A DNA stretch of 64,000 nt from Eledone cirrhosa. Taxonomy: Eukaryota. The stretch spans positions 192,324,001-192,388,000 of the forward strand of contig OZ024743.1 in the NCBI GenBank assembly GCA_964016885.1, in the 5' to 3' direction. How positions within the stretch are numbered: position 1 is the first letter of the stretch; every line of letters begins with the position of its first letter. A model generated the notes under the pieces. That model was not told the DNA's origin. It did not search any database and saw only the letters and a program-made list of their open reading frames with translations. Both the position numbers and the translations under genes were made by a program. Below, one piece after another: positions 35,894 through 48,536 of this stretch.

Positions 35894-38627
35894 CTAGCAT
35901 TAAAGCCCGGCGTTGCTCGGGGTCAGTAAGTTACCAAAGTTAGGTCGCACCACTCATTTTATGGCAGCACTTTTTTGTCTGCCAGGCACTGGTTGAATGA
36001 ATTGCAAACCTGCACTGCCGAAGCAGGAGCTGCGCCAGCAGTGACAATTGTAGTTTCGCCTATTGATATTATCTTTGTGCAAAGAAGTGTTCAAATTTAT
36101 TGTTTCACAGTACTTGCGCAACACGCGCGTAGACGATGCCAGCCTTACAACAGAGCTGCGATGGAGTTGTTCTGCATGACATGTTTTAACGGTGGAGGGG
36201 GTGGATTGAGGGAATCGCAAACAGGGGCCTGAAAACATTGTCGAATTATGACAACCAAAAAAGAGGAAGAGGGGTCATTGTATGGTTGGTGCATCATGTA
36301 CGTCGGACGTAGAAGATGAGCCTGCTGCTGTGCCGACGCAGGGAGGGAAATAGAGCTGAGCGGAGGCCAGGTGTTGGTGAAGTGTGAAGTAATTGCAGGG
36401 AACCGCCTAAAAATGTAAATCCTGTCATTAAAGCATTGTTCACCCTTTGAGAGTCGTACGGAGGTGAAATACTAACCTGTCCACGGTCCTTCGAGGCCCA
36501 CCAAACGGGGGTTGGTGAGGAGCAACAGCTGATATTTGAGTAGGGTCAGAGTTGCAATGAAGCTTTGTAACGCCGCGAGAATCAGCCTTTGTACGGCCGA
36601 TGGTGGGGAGTTTCCAGTGCATTGCAGTGACGGTTAACCTACTTAGAAAGTACTCACGAAAAGGCAAAAAATAAAAAAATAAAAAAGTTATAAAATTAGG
36701 AATCGAGGTAATCCTATAAAATCTTGTACACAATGTTTTTTTTGTTTTTCCTTGCGGAACGAACGCGAAATAATCACTCTTGCTGCCGACACGCGAGCAG
36801 CCAACGTAAAGCTGACCATGAGAGAAACACGGCTCCCCTAATGTATTACCGCGACAGACAGTGTTTGTCCCTGCGCTTTGTTAATTGACATTGCGAAGCA
36901 TGGCCTGACCGGGAACTGGGACCTCCGAAATGTGAAAGGTAGGTCTGCTCCTGATAGGAAAAGATGCATCCTCGGTATGAGCACAACCTTGCCCCGACCG
37001 CACCCTGTGATTATCGTGGCCTCAATCAGATTGGGAGCTAAGGACTTAACGACCAAACGTGTGTCATTGCATTGTTTCGGCGGAACCAAATTTCGAATGA
37101 GCATTATAGGGGCACCAACTTTAAGTTTCAAAATGTGTGGGGGGTAATCCGGGGGGCTCAAAGGAATTTAGTACCTCTATTGGATAGTTGATGACGTCCT
37201 CGGGGTTAGGAGTTCTATCGATAGACTTATATACGTAGCCATCCCTAGGAATGAGTTTTAGCATTTGATCATTAATATGGTTAACAGTTTTATTCCTCGG
37301 CGCCAGAATAGCCCTTTGGGCAAGCCAATCCATATTCTGATAATTTGCTTGGAGATCTGGGAACACTGCATCCCTGAGATCAGAAGGCGTACTAACAACG
37401 GTACAAAGTGAGTCGATGGCAATATTACCCTTTTTATCCCCGGGCGTTTTGCCTTCGCCAAGTGCAAGGAGGGTGTGAGAAAATGCTGCTGATGCGATAT
37501 CACCTCGCATATGAGCACGCATATTAGTGTGAAGTTTCAGAGTCTTCACCAGGGGCCACAATGTGGATGACTTAAGACACGCACGTACTGCATCAGCTGT
37601 AGTCCCCTTGGGAATAACGGGAAGCGTTTGCCTGAAGTCCCCTGAAAGAAGAAGTGTTATGCCTCCTATGGGAGCCGTAGAGTTTTTGATGTCTCAGAGT
37701 TCTATCTAGCGCCTCAAGAGCACCTCTGTGGGCCATCGTGCATTCGTCCCAAACGATAAGCTTGCATCGTCTGAACACTTCTGCCTGATCGGAGCTATTA
37801 CTGATGTTGCAAGTGGGTGTCTCAGTCTTCGCTAAGTCAAGCGGGAGCTTGAAATAGGAGTGAGCTGTCCTGCCGCTCGGCAACAAAGTAGCCGCAATTC
37901 CAGTCATGTATTTAGTTTTATCGATTATTTCCGTAATTGTGGGTGATTTTGAAATAAATAAATAGTCGTTAGACCATTTACAACATTCTTACAGAGGCAA
38001 ATAAATAACTCACAGTTTGTTGAAAGCGCGCTTCTGTCAGCAATGTGAAGTTGTTTGGCCAAAAATACCTATGTGTTTTTTTTTTCACTCAATAAACGTG
38101 TAAATATGTTATACACAAAATGTAATTGTGTGTGAGTTGGATTATAGATGTTTTAAAAAAAGATTGTCGCTATTTTTCTAGTTGTTGAATAAATTTAACT
38201 GTTGCTTTTGAATAATTGTAGTTTGGTATAAAATGTAAGCGTCATGTATTTAACGTTTGTCTTTGTCTCTCACTCTCTGGCTCACTCCTTTATTTTTTTC
38301 TCTCTCTCTAAAGGAAATTATTAAGGAGTGGGTTTATAAGCGTATATAAGAGAAGGTTGCAGCATGTATTTTTTTTCGATTTTTAAAGGGAGTAGAGAGA
38401 GTAAATCAGATTGTATTAGAGGGGTAAAGCGTCATGTATTTAGTTTTATCGATTATTTCCGTAAGTGTGGGTGAATTTGAATGAAATAGTCGTTGACCTA
38501 AGTTAGACCATTTACAACATTCTTACAGACTTTGATTCCAATTGGTTTGAAATTGTGCAAATGTATAAACATGGAACATGCACACACACACACACAACAA
38601 CAACAATCTGTCTTTTATAGATAATGA
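35894..38627 (-). mobile_element. Internally deleted Helitron (Pif1 helicase C-half only)
   Basis: Minus strand: A|TC start at 38627 and 3' hairpin CCCGAGCAACGCCGGG followed by CTAG|T. Motifs GRTAHS, IVWDECTM, ILAPRN, FAMSINKAQGQTL at 36790-37907. Confidence 0.85.
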
Positions 38628-38677
38628 TATATGCATACATATACACATACACACACACATATATGTATATATGTATA

Positions 38678-38747
<70 letters not shown>

Positions 38748-38988
38748 GTATACATAATATACACATACACATAGATACACCCATATACATATATGTATAT
38801 ATACACACGTATATGCATATATATATACACACACATACACACACACATATACATACATATATACATATACACACATACACATGTATACGCACACACGAAG
38901 TGTACACATACATGCACATACACACACACACATATACATACATATATACAGACATGCATATATATATATATATACACATATATATACA
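38628..38988. repeat. (TA)/(CA)/(TACA) compound microsatellite
   Basis: Direct inspection. Confidence 0.95.
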
Positions 38989-39086
38989 TTATTAAATATT
39001 TGCTCTAACGTTCTTATATATTTGATATATATTTATCCTTATCGAGCCCTCTTTGGATTTTAGTCTTCAAATTTATTATTATTACT

Positions 39087-39129
<43 letters not shown>

Positions 39130-39229
39130 CTTTTATCATATTTATTCGGATTTTAGTCTTCACATGCACTGGGATAATTGCTGGCCTTGTGCCAAAAGTA
39201 GACACAATTATTATTATTACTTCTACTAC

Positions 39230-39411
39230 GGTGGATTGGCAGTATCGGTAGAGGGTCGGACGCCATGCTTTGCAGCACAGCTACGTCCCTTTACGGACTG
39301 AGTTCAAATCCCGCCGAGGTTAACTTTGCCTTTCATCCTTACGGGGTCGATAAAATAAAGTACCAGTAATACACTGGGATAATTGCTGGCCTTGTGCCAA
39401 AAGTAGAAACA
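39230..39411 (+). mobile_element. ATT-tailed SINE with 17-bp target site duplication
   Basis: ATTATTACTTCTACTAC at 39213-39229 and 39412-39428. Inserted in the tail of an earlier SINE fragment. Confidence 0.85.
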
Positions 39412-39492
39412 ATTATTACTTCTACTACCATATACACATATATACATATATACATATACATACATACATACACACATATATGTATATATATA

Positions 39493-42400
39493 TTTATATA
39501 TATATAAATCTGAGGATGTGTGTGTTAAGGTTTGTAACGTATGCACGTCCACAATTATTGGTCAGGAAAAGGTCGTGAGGCAAAAAAATGTCAAATCCAT
39601 CAACAATAAGGGCTAAAATCGATCATGATCATTCCTCCTCTCTATAATTTAACTGCTTTACTCTCTCTCTCTCTCTCTCTGTCGCTCTTCACTCCCTATA
39701 TGACAACACTGCAGTGGAGCGTTCCATATTGAGCGTTCCGTATTGACATACGGCTTATCTGGGGCATTTTCAATCGACTTATTGCAAATAACAAGCCGCA
39801 AAATAACACTTCATATAACAGATTAATGCTATAGACATATGAATCGGAATGTAACTCGTGAACTTTTTCCTGGGCAAAATTATTCGAACAGACATGACCT
39901 CATTGCCAGAGTGTTCAGACTGAAACTGGCTAAACTCATGGCTTTAATCAAAAAGGGTCAGGTATTTGGGGCTGTAAAATGGCAAAAACGAGGGCTGCCA
40001 CATGCTCACATTTTGATTTGGTTAGCTGATAAAATCAATTCAAATCCATAGACAGCTTCATTTCGGCTGAAATCCCTAACCCAGCAACTGACCAGAAATT
40101 ACATGACATCGTCAAAGCTAACATGGTCCGTGTGCGTCGGGTCCTAATGAGCATCACACGTGTCTGAAAGGGGGGTCGTGCAGTAAGGGATACAAAAAAA
40201 AATGTGTTGACCAGATTCAGACTGGTGGCGACGGGTACCCCCTGTACAGGCGGAGACGGCCCGAGAACGGTGACTTCACAACAGTAAAGGGAGGTCAAGT
40301 CGACAATAGATGGCTGGTCCCTTACTGCCCGCTTCTCTTGAAGATGTTCAATGCTCACATCAACGTTGAGTTTTGCAACTTCGTCAAGTCGATAAAATAC
40401 ATATGCAAATATGTAAATAAGGGTTCTGATGCCGCAATGTTCGCATTTCAAGCTGAAAATAGCAGGGACGAGGTAACAAAATACCTGGCAGGGCGGTACA
40501 TCAGTAGGAATGAAGCTTTTTGGCGCCTATTTGGTTTACCCCTACACCAACGGCACCCCGCCATCGTACAGCTTGTGGTACATTTGGAAAATGGGCAAAG
40601 GTTTACTTTACGGACCAAACCGCCACCAAGTTGGCCGCCGATCCGAAAGAGACCACTCTGATGGGTTTCTTCAAACTTTGTCAGTTCGATACATTTGCGC
40701 AAACAATCGTGTACCCCCAGGTTCCATTCTACTTTATATGGTTGAAAAAACACATGGGTGCGAAGAAAGTCAGGCCAGGCTGCTGAAAGACATCCTGGTG
40801 TAAAATTTGACAGCTGTCTTGGAAAGGGTTACACTGTGCCTCCAAGTCAGCATGAGTGCTTTCATCTCCGCCTTCTTCTGCATGAAGTTGTAGGCCCACA
40901 AAGTTTTCAGGACCTCAAAACTGTTGATGGAGAAATATGTGATACATACCGGGAAGCCTGCTTTAAGCGAGGTCTTTGGAAGATGATTCGCAATGGGATT
41001 CCACTTTAGCAGAGGGTGCTTTGTTGAAATCACCCAAAGGTCTACGGGAACTCTTTGCCATTTTGCTTCAAAAGTGTGAATTGGGTGATCCCCCCCATAA
41101 AAAACGGTTCCCCCAAATAAAAAACGGACCCCCCCCCCCAACCAATAAAAAATGGATCCCCCCAATAATAAAAAACGGATCCCCCCCAAATAACCCACCC
41201 CATGCAATCGGACACCCCCCACCCAAACGCCTCCCCCACCCTCAAATAAAAAACGTATTCCAAATAAAAACGCCCGCCCCCCAATAAAAAAAGTCCCCCC
41301 TCCCGATAAAAAACGGATCCCCCTAATAAAAAACGAACCCCTCCCCCATAATAAAAAACGGACCTTCCCCATAATAAGAAACGGACCCCCTAAATAAAAA
41401 ACGGACCCCCTCCCCAAATAAAAAACGGATCCCCCCAATAAAAAACGGACTCCCCATAATAAAAAACGGATCCTTCCAAATAGAAAACGGACACCCCCAA
41501 TAAAAAACGGAGCCCCCCCAAATAAAAAACGGACCCCCAAAATAAAAAATTCCCCACCCACCCAAAAACATAAAAAACGGACCGCCCTCCGAATAAAGAA
41601 CGGACACCCCCTCCCCCAATAAAAAACAGATTCAAATAATAAAGCCCCCCCCCCTCTCCCCCCAATAAAAAACAGATTCCAAATACCCTCCTCCCACAAA
41701 TAGAAAAAACAAATCCAAATACCCCCCCACCCCCAAATAAAAAACGGATTCAAAATAATAAACGCCCCTTTCCTCCCCCAAATAAAAAACTGATCCTCCA
41801 ATAAAAAACGGACACCCCATAATAAAAAACGTATCCCCCAATACAAAACGGAGCCCCCAATAAAAAACGGATACCCCCATAAAAACTGGACACCCACCCA
41901 CACCCACACCCACACCCAGATAAAAAACGGATACCCCCAATATAATATGGACACCCCCATAAAAACGGACCCCCCTCCAGAAAAAAAAATAAAAAACGGA
42001 TTCCAAAATAATAAACAACGCCTCCCTCTTCCCCAAATAAAAAATGGACCCAGCCCCAAATAAAAAACGGATACCCCCAATAAAAAAACGAACCCCCGCG
42101 TAATAAAAAACGGATTCCAAATAAAAAAACACACACACACACCCCCTCTCCCCAAATTAAAAACGGACCCCCCTTAAAAAACGGATTCCAAATAAAAAAC
42201 ACTCCCCCCTCCCCAAACAAAAAACGGACACCCCAATAAAAAACGGACCCCCCCCCCATAAAAAACGGACCCCCCCCCCCATAAAAACCGGATAATCAGG
42301 GGAGACGACTGTGTATATAAATTATTGTCTTATTTACAAAACTATATTTCTAATATCGTGTTTAATATTTCATATTGTGTCGTCTGGTTTCCTTCCAATC

Positions 42401-44203
42401 AATCACGATATAACTTTCAAGTTACTCCCCTTCATTTACTTACTGTCCCACTCTCTTTCTTTTTTCCCTCTCACACAGCCTCTGCTTTCTCTCTTTTTAT
42501 TTGTTCCGGTCCCTTCTCTCACACATCCTTTCCTCTCTCTTTTTTTTTTCCTTTCCTTCTTTGTCTCTTTCGCTGTTTTTCTCCTATAGTCACTCTCTCT
42601 TTCTTTTTGTTTACCTCTCTCTGTAACTCTGCACTTTCCTATTCCTCTCTTTCCCTCTCTCTCATTCTCAAATCCTTCTTTCTACTTTCTCCCCCACTGT
42701 TCTCTCTATGTATCTCCTCCTTTCCCTCTGCAACTCCTCTGTATATCCTTGCCTTTCTCTCAAACTTCTGTCGGACCAAAGGTTGGCCTATTTAACTATC
42801 ATTGATGCGGTTCAAAATCAGACAGGGGGTATTTACTTTCTAGATGCTCCTGGGGGTACCGGAAAAACTTTTGTAACGAAATTGATTCTCACTAAGATTC
42901 GTCCGAAGAAAAAAGTTGCGTTGTCCGTTGCATCGTCCGGGATCGCTGCTACTTTGCTGCCGGGAGGTAGGACAGCACATTCAGCCTTTAAACTCCCCTT
43001 GGATTTAGTAAAAACTGAGACACCAACATGCAATATCAGCAAGTGTTCACACAAAGCTCTGGTTCTCAAAAAATGTTTGGGATGAGTGCTCAATGGCACA
43101 CAAGGATGCCCTTGAGGCATTGGACAGGTCCCTGAAAGACATTAGGGATTCTACGGCTCCTTATGGGTGGCGTAACCCTTCTGCTATCAGCAGATTTTCG
43201 GCAAACGTTGCCTGTCATCCCCAAAGGTACAAGAGCTGATGAAGTCCGTGCCTGGCTCAGCGAAATGAAGTGCGTGATTGGCTCAGCGAAAGAGCCATCC
43301 TTGCTCCGAAAAATACCATGGTTAATTTTATTAACGAGCAGCTGATTGAGAAGATTCCTGGTAAAGAGCACATCTTCAAATCTATCGACCGGACGTCAGA
43401 CCCCGACGATATCGTTAATTATCCGGTTGAGTTATTAAATTCCCTTGAGCCCCCAGGGCTCCCACCTCACATTCTTAAGCTTAGGGTTGGCTGTCCCATT
43501 ATGCTAATAAGGAACTTGCGTCCACCAAAGCAGTGCAACGGTACTCGCATGGTCGTCAAGTCACTGACGCCCCACTTGATTGAGGCCACCATTATAACGG
43601 GGTGCCGGAGAGGGGAGAATGTTTTCATTCCAAGGATGAACCTTTTCTCCTCGGCGTCAGATATCCCGTTCGATTTCCGGCGATCCCAATTCCCGGTGAG
43701 ACCATGTTTTGCCATGTCCATTAACAAGTCACAAGGGCAAACATTGTCGATGGCGGGTATCCATTTGGGGGAGCCATGCTTCTCCCATGGCCAACTTTAT
43801 GTTGCCTGTTCCCGCGTAGGGAGCAGGAATGGACTTTTTGCTTACACTCCTCAAGGGATGACACACAATATCGTCTACAAAGAGGTGCTATAGATGTTGG
43901 AGGTGTTGGAGCTATGCCGTCTGGAACACTATTTCCTGGTAGGGTCACCCATGGCGGACAGATCTGACACCCAGCGGCATCAGGGCCATCATCTTGCAAC
44001 TTTGGTCTACTAAATTGCTATTGGAAGATTATTAACCCATCATTGATTGTCCAGAATGCTAATTGGTTCGTAACTTTTAATAACCGGTTCAACTGCTTTA
44101 TGCACTTAATTGATAAGCTTATTCGCTTTCAAGCCACGTTTACCTGTATGTAACTTTTCATAGCAAATGAACAAACCCGAGCGACACCGGGCTAAACTGC
44201 TAG
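39493..44203 (+). mobile_element. Decayed Rep-helicase Helitron
   Basis: HUH motif KWQKRGLPHAHIL (~39980), KYICKYVNKG, Walker A APGGTGKT (~42850), FAMSINKSQGQTL, HGQLYVACSRV. 3' hairpin CCCGAGCGACACCGGG plus CTAG|T at 44200-03. 5' end approximate. Confidence 0.9.
41090..42310. repeat. ~20-bp minisatellite array (AATAAAAAACGGA-Cn) ending in a TIR-like sequence
   Basis: Dozens of degenerate units. The right end reverse-complements to CAGTCGTCTCCCCTGATTATCCGG. Confidence 0.85.
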
Positions 44204-44226
44204 TATAACATATACACAGACACACA

Positions 44227-44576
44227 CATCATCATCATCATCATCATCATCATTTTACGTCCGCTTTTCCCTGCTTGCAAGGGTGGGACGGGAACTGATT
44301 CTGGCTTGATTTCTACAGCTGGATGCCTTTCCTAACACCAACCTCATTTACAGTGAGTGTTGGGTGCTTTTTTGCCGTGGCACCTCCATGACCACTTTGC
44401 AGTGGCATGATAGGGACCCCAGTCCTATCATCTCATTTCTACAGCTGAGTAAACTGGAACAATGTGAAATAAAGTATCTTGCTCAAGGAAACAACACATC
44501 ACCCGGTCTGAGAATTGAACTCACAATCTTTCAATTGCAAGCCCAATGCTCTAACCACTAAGCTATGCGCCTTCAC
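44227..44576 (-). mobile_element. tRNA-derived SINE with RTE tail (internally deleted)
   Basis: Near-copy of 20007-20462. Confidence 0.85.
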
Positions 44577-44696
44577 ATGTATGTATATATATGTGTGTGT
44601 ATACATATAGGTACTGCCCTCCCCCCTCCATTGCGTTCCATTTATTACATTTTCATATGTAAAATCACAGGTTTTGAAATCAATATATATATATAT

Positions 44697-45173
44697 AAAA
44701 GAAAATTTCGCTCTACATGACTGAATACAATAAATGTAATCTGACTGTTTCGAATATTAATAATAACATTCGATTCGTTTGCAATTATGCAAACAATCCT
44801 CAATTTTATAGCCATGTCAGTAGAATGAACACTTCATTCTTGCTCTTATGTTGGCATGCGAACAGAACTGCAGACACTAATGATTCTGGGTATCACCCTT
44901 CATCAGTACAGCTCATTGTTCACCTGCCAAACTGTCAGAGCTAGTGAAAATATATGCTATTTTCAAAAATACACAGTGACTGATCGGCCTGATTTGCATA
45001 TTAGCAGATTGGCTGATCAGTCAGATCTGCATATTAGCAGAACCACTGATCAGCCAGATTTGCATATCAGCAGACTAGCCAGTCAGTTTCCTGTATACGA
45101 GCGATAAATGGACGGCTTTGCCAAATTCAAATAAAAAAGAAAATTTCGCTCTACATGGCTGAATACAATAAAT
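44697..45173. other. Segment bounded by 39-bp direct repeats with three 33-bp octamer-containing repeats
   Basis: Direct repeats at 44697-44735 and 45135-45173 (1 mismatch). Internal units start at 44980, 45013 and 45046. Confidence 0.75.
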
Positions 45174-45551
45174 ATATTAAGCAGTGAGGAATGCTTTTCC
45201 TACCCATGTATTCCTCACTGCTTAATATAGTATTACACCAATATTCTGTTATACATGCTTAATACCATTGCTTGTTCTTTTACCTTATTATTCTGTACAT
45301 GCCTAATACCTCTGCACTCTTTCTATATGTATGCCTATGTACCACTAATGTCCTCATTTTGTGAGTAACTTTCTTTCATAATTCTTCTATAATTGTTTCA
45401 TAATTGTTTTATAATCTGTCACACCACCTGATACTGACCACATCATCATCACACTCTAAATATGACACTACTGATAACAACAGTAATATCTACATATCTT
45501 TACGATTGTTCTTTGGAATAGGAGGTTAATTATATGTCTAAACTTTGCCAA

Positions 45552-45598
45552 TGCTCTGATGAATCCGAAAGAATGTTTGGAAGAAACGATTGTTAGCA
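45552..45598 (+). ncRNA. Type I hammerhead ribozyme motif
   Basis: tgct-CTGATGA-a tccga...ttgga a-GAAA-c gatt g-TT-agca, overlapping AATAAA. Confidence 0.6.
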
Positions 45599-45835
45599 AT
45601 AAAATGCTTTGAACATCCTTGTCTCTCTATCTCGCTCCGTTGTTTTTCTTTACATACATCTCTTCATCTTCTTCTTTTTTTTTACATACATCTCTTCATC
45701 TTCTTCTTCTCATCTTCGTTTTTCTTTCTTTATAACTGTCATAACAGTTTCACTACCAAATCAACTTTTTAAATGGAAGTTGCATTATTACAAGGTATGT
45801 CACTAATTATTTATAAAACAGCTTATGTATTGTAA

Positions 45836-45895
45836 TTTGTCTGAGGAAGGCATACCATATTTTTAATATGATATCCCAGAAATATATATAACAAA
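45836..45895 (+). ncRNA. Type I hammerhead ribozyme motif
   Basis: tttgt-CTGAGGA-long imperfect stem II-GAAA-tatata-TA-acaaa, then AATAAA. Confidence 0.55.
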
Positions 45896-46026
45896 ATAAA
45901 TATGGTTTTATAAATATAGTTTCCATTTGTTTAATATCGTAAACCTACTCCAGAAACTATTGAGTGCTTTTATATCAGTTATAAAATATTTACTCGTTGT
46001 AACCCAACAATCTTAAATAAAACTTT

Positions 46027-46071
<45 letters not shown>

Positions 46072-47598
46072 GTAGAACACTGGAAGGTAATATATGTAGT
46101 GGTAGAGCACTCAGTCCAAGGACCAGCTAGTAGCGTACGGTTGTCCTTCCTGTTCCGTATAACCATGTCCATTACGAGCTGAGGATCTGCTAAGGTGAAA
46201 CAATTGTTCTCGGTATGGTGAACTAACTGTTCATATATATATATTATATATATATATTAGTTATACGGAACAGGAAGGACAACACGTGCTATTGAAATGC
46301 TGGGTAAATATTCTACGGCTGTTGATCGCGAATAGGTGGCTATCGTTTATTTATCTATTATTTCTTCACAGATGCCTTTTAATCTTATAGCCTGGTTTAA
46401 TTGTTTTTTTGTGTGGTTAATTATGCTAATTGGGAGAGGAAATTGAGTATATATCTTATCAAATGATGCTAAGGACATTATTTATAGTATATTGCTCTGA
46501 TTATTTAATTTATTAATTCATCATTGAGCGACATCGTGAATGGTTGCCAAAAACATATCTATGACTTTGTCTAGTTTGTGTATATGTAAATCTTTATATT
46601 TGATAATCTCCCATAAGGTTGAGATGCAATTTAGACAATATTAGGCTGCGCTTTCTAGCAACCAGCCTACTAGCCGTAAGGCACCAATCACATTCTTTCT
46701 GACTTGACCACTGCCACGTCACAGTTCTTAGCCATTTTGAATTCGTTTCTGGCGGGGATCATTTAAGAAAAATTTTTGTCCAAGTGAGTTATTTATTTCT
46801 TAATTTTTAAAATTAAATTTAATGTTCAACCCCTTAATCGTTAATTTTTAATCATGGATATATAAGATTGCTTAATCTTAAATTCATTAATTTTTTTAAT
46901 TACGGGGTTTAGAACTCTTAAAATTCAAATCCTAACTTAAATCTTAATATTTATATTATCGACTCCCTTAATCATTAACTTTATTAACCTGTTAAATCTT
47001 ATTGAAAGTTCTTTTCCCTAATTTTTAATTTTTAATTTTTAATTTCTGAGTTTAGAACTTTAGTAGGGAATATCAAAACTTCGTAAATTTTCTGAAATTT
47101 TTTAACGAGATCTCTTATAAAAATTTTTTTTTTCTTTTGAAGGAATTTTTTAGGAAACTTTATATTTTTTTAGGAAACTTTATATTTTTATTTTTTTATT
47201 TTTTTATTTTTTTATTTTTTTATTTTTTTATTTTTTTATTTTTTTAGTCTCTTAATCTCTTCTGGTTTGTTAGGTTTATTGGGGCTTATAAGCTTTATGC
47301 ACTTATTGAGGGATTTTTTAAGGTGCTTCTACGAGATCCCAAGTCTTTTACTTTTAATGCGTAACTTATAAATTCTCTAATTTTTAACCTTCAATCCCTA
47401 ACTCTTAGGCCCTTTTCAAATTCTCGTAACTCCCTATAACCCATCCCTTTTACAACTCCTACAACTAATATAAAAGAGCCCCCTTAGAATACAGACCCCA
47501 AATATACAAACGGAGCTGTTGATGTATACCACAATTTCAAACTGCTAATCTTGAGTGAAACGTTGATGTAAATAATGAACTTACAATCACCTGTTATA

Positions 47599-47645
47599 TG
47601 CCTTGAAAAGTCCCACCATATGGTCGGACGAAACGGCTGTCGGCA
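47599..47645 (+). ncRNA. Type I hammerhead ribozyme, U3-A8 core variant
   Basis: tgcc-TTGAAAA-gtcc(caccatatggtc)ggac-GAAA-c ggct g-TC-ggca, overlapping AATAAA. All three stems pair and the cleavage triplet is GUC. Confidence 0.75.
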
Positions 47646-47689
47646 ATAAACTTGTTATAATGTCATAATAGTTCCTTTGTTCTTTTTCA

Positions 47690-47743
<54 letters not shown>

Positions 47744-48015
47744 AAAGGCAAACAGAAACAACAAAGCAAACGACACAGCACAATGAAGAAACATTATTAG
47801 CTTTATGCTTGATACAGAAGGAAAAGAGCCGCAACGTTTCGGATGCCAGTCCTTCATAAGAAGAAAGAATAAGAAACTAAAGAAGGAATAGAAAGATTGA
47901 GGAGACGGGCAGGGTCGAAATGGAAAATAATGTTTTTATATATATATATATATATATATTTCGTTTCTGAATTTGTTTAGCAAGATTCTTTATCTGAAAT
48001 CGTGTGTTGAAACCG

Positions 48016-48536
48016 ATATTGTTATACTTTGGGAGGGTCATGTTGCCAATAAGAAACACACGCACCAGTTGCTTTCACTTCAATTTAATTTAATATATAT
48101 TTATAAATTTACAAATTTATAAATTTCTGGTTGGTTGGTTGGTTCCACAACCAGATAGTTGTTTATATATATATAGTCATAGTTCTTTCGTCACACACTC
48201 TGTGACCTCTTCAGTGACTGGGGATTTCTTTCTTCGTTTCTGTGCCTTTCCTTTCTTCTATCCTACGCCATTTTGTTTGTCAAACAAAATGGCGTAGGAT
48301 AGAAGAAAGGAAAGGCACAGAAACGAAGAAAGAAATCCCCAGTCACTGAAGAGGTCACAGAGTGTGTGACGAAAGAACTATGACTATATATATATAAACA
48401 ACTATCTGGTTGTGGAACCAACCAACCAACCAGAAATTTATAAATTTGTAAATTTATAAATATATATTAAATTAAATTGAAGTGAAAGCAACTGGTGCGT
48501 GTGTTTCTTATTGGCAACATGACCCTCCCAAAGTAT

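Noticed and set aside
38512-39063. YI/VC/HT-repeat ORFs (also at 366-723, 2544-2891, 6225-6578, 47587-47859)
   Set aside because: Microsatellite translations.
40770-42259. 461-aa and overlapping G/F-rich minus-strand ORFs
   Set aside because: Translation of the minisatellite, not a protein.
44980-45078. CRISPR-like array
   Set aside because: Contiguous tandem units without unique spacers, eukaryotic context, no cas genes.
47833-47860. Minus-strand hammerhead-like relic CTTATGA-a-GGA...TCC-GAAACGTT
   Set aside because: G5 is mutated and there is no stem I pairing. At best a dead remnant.
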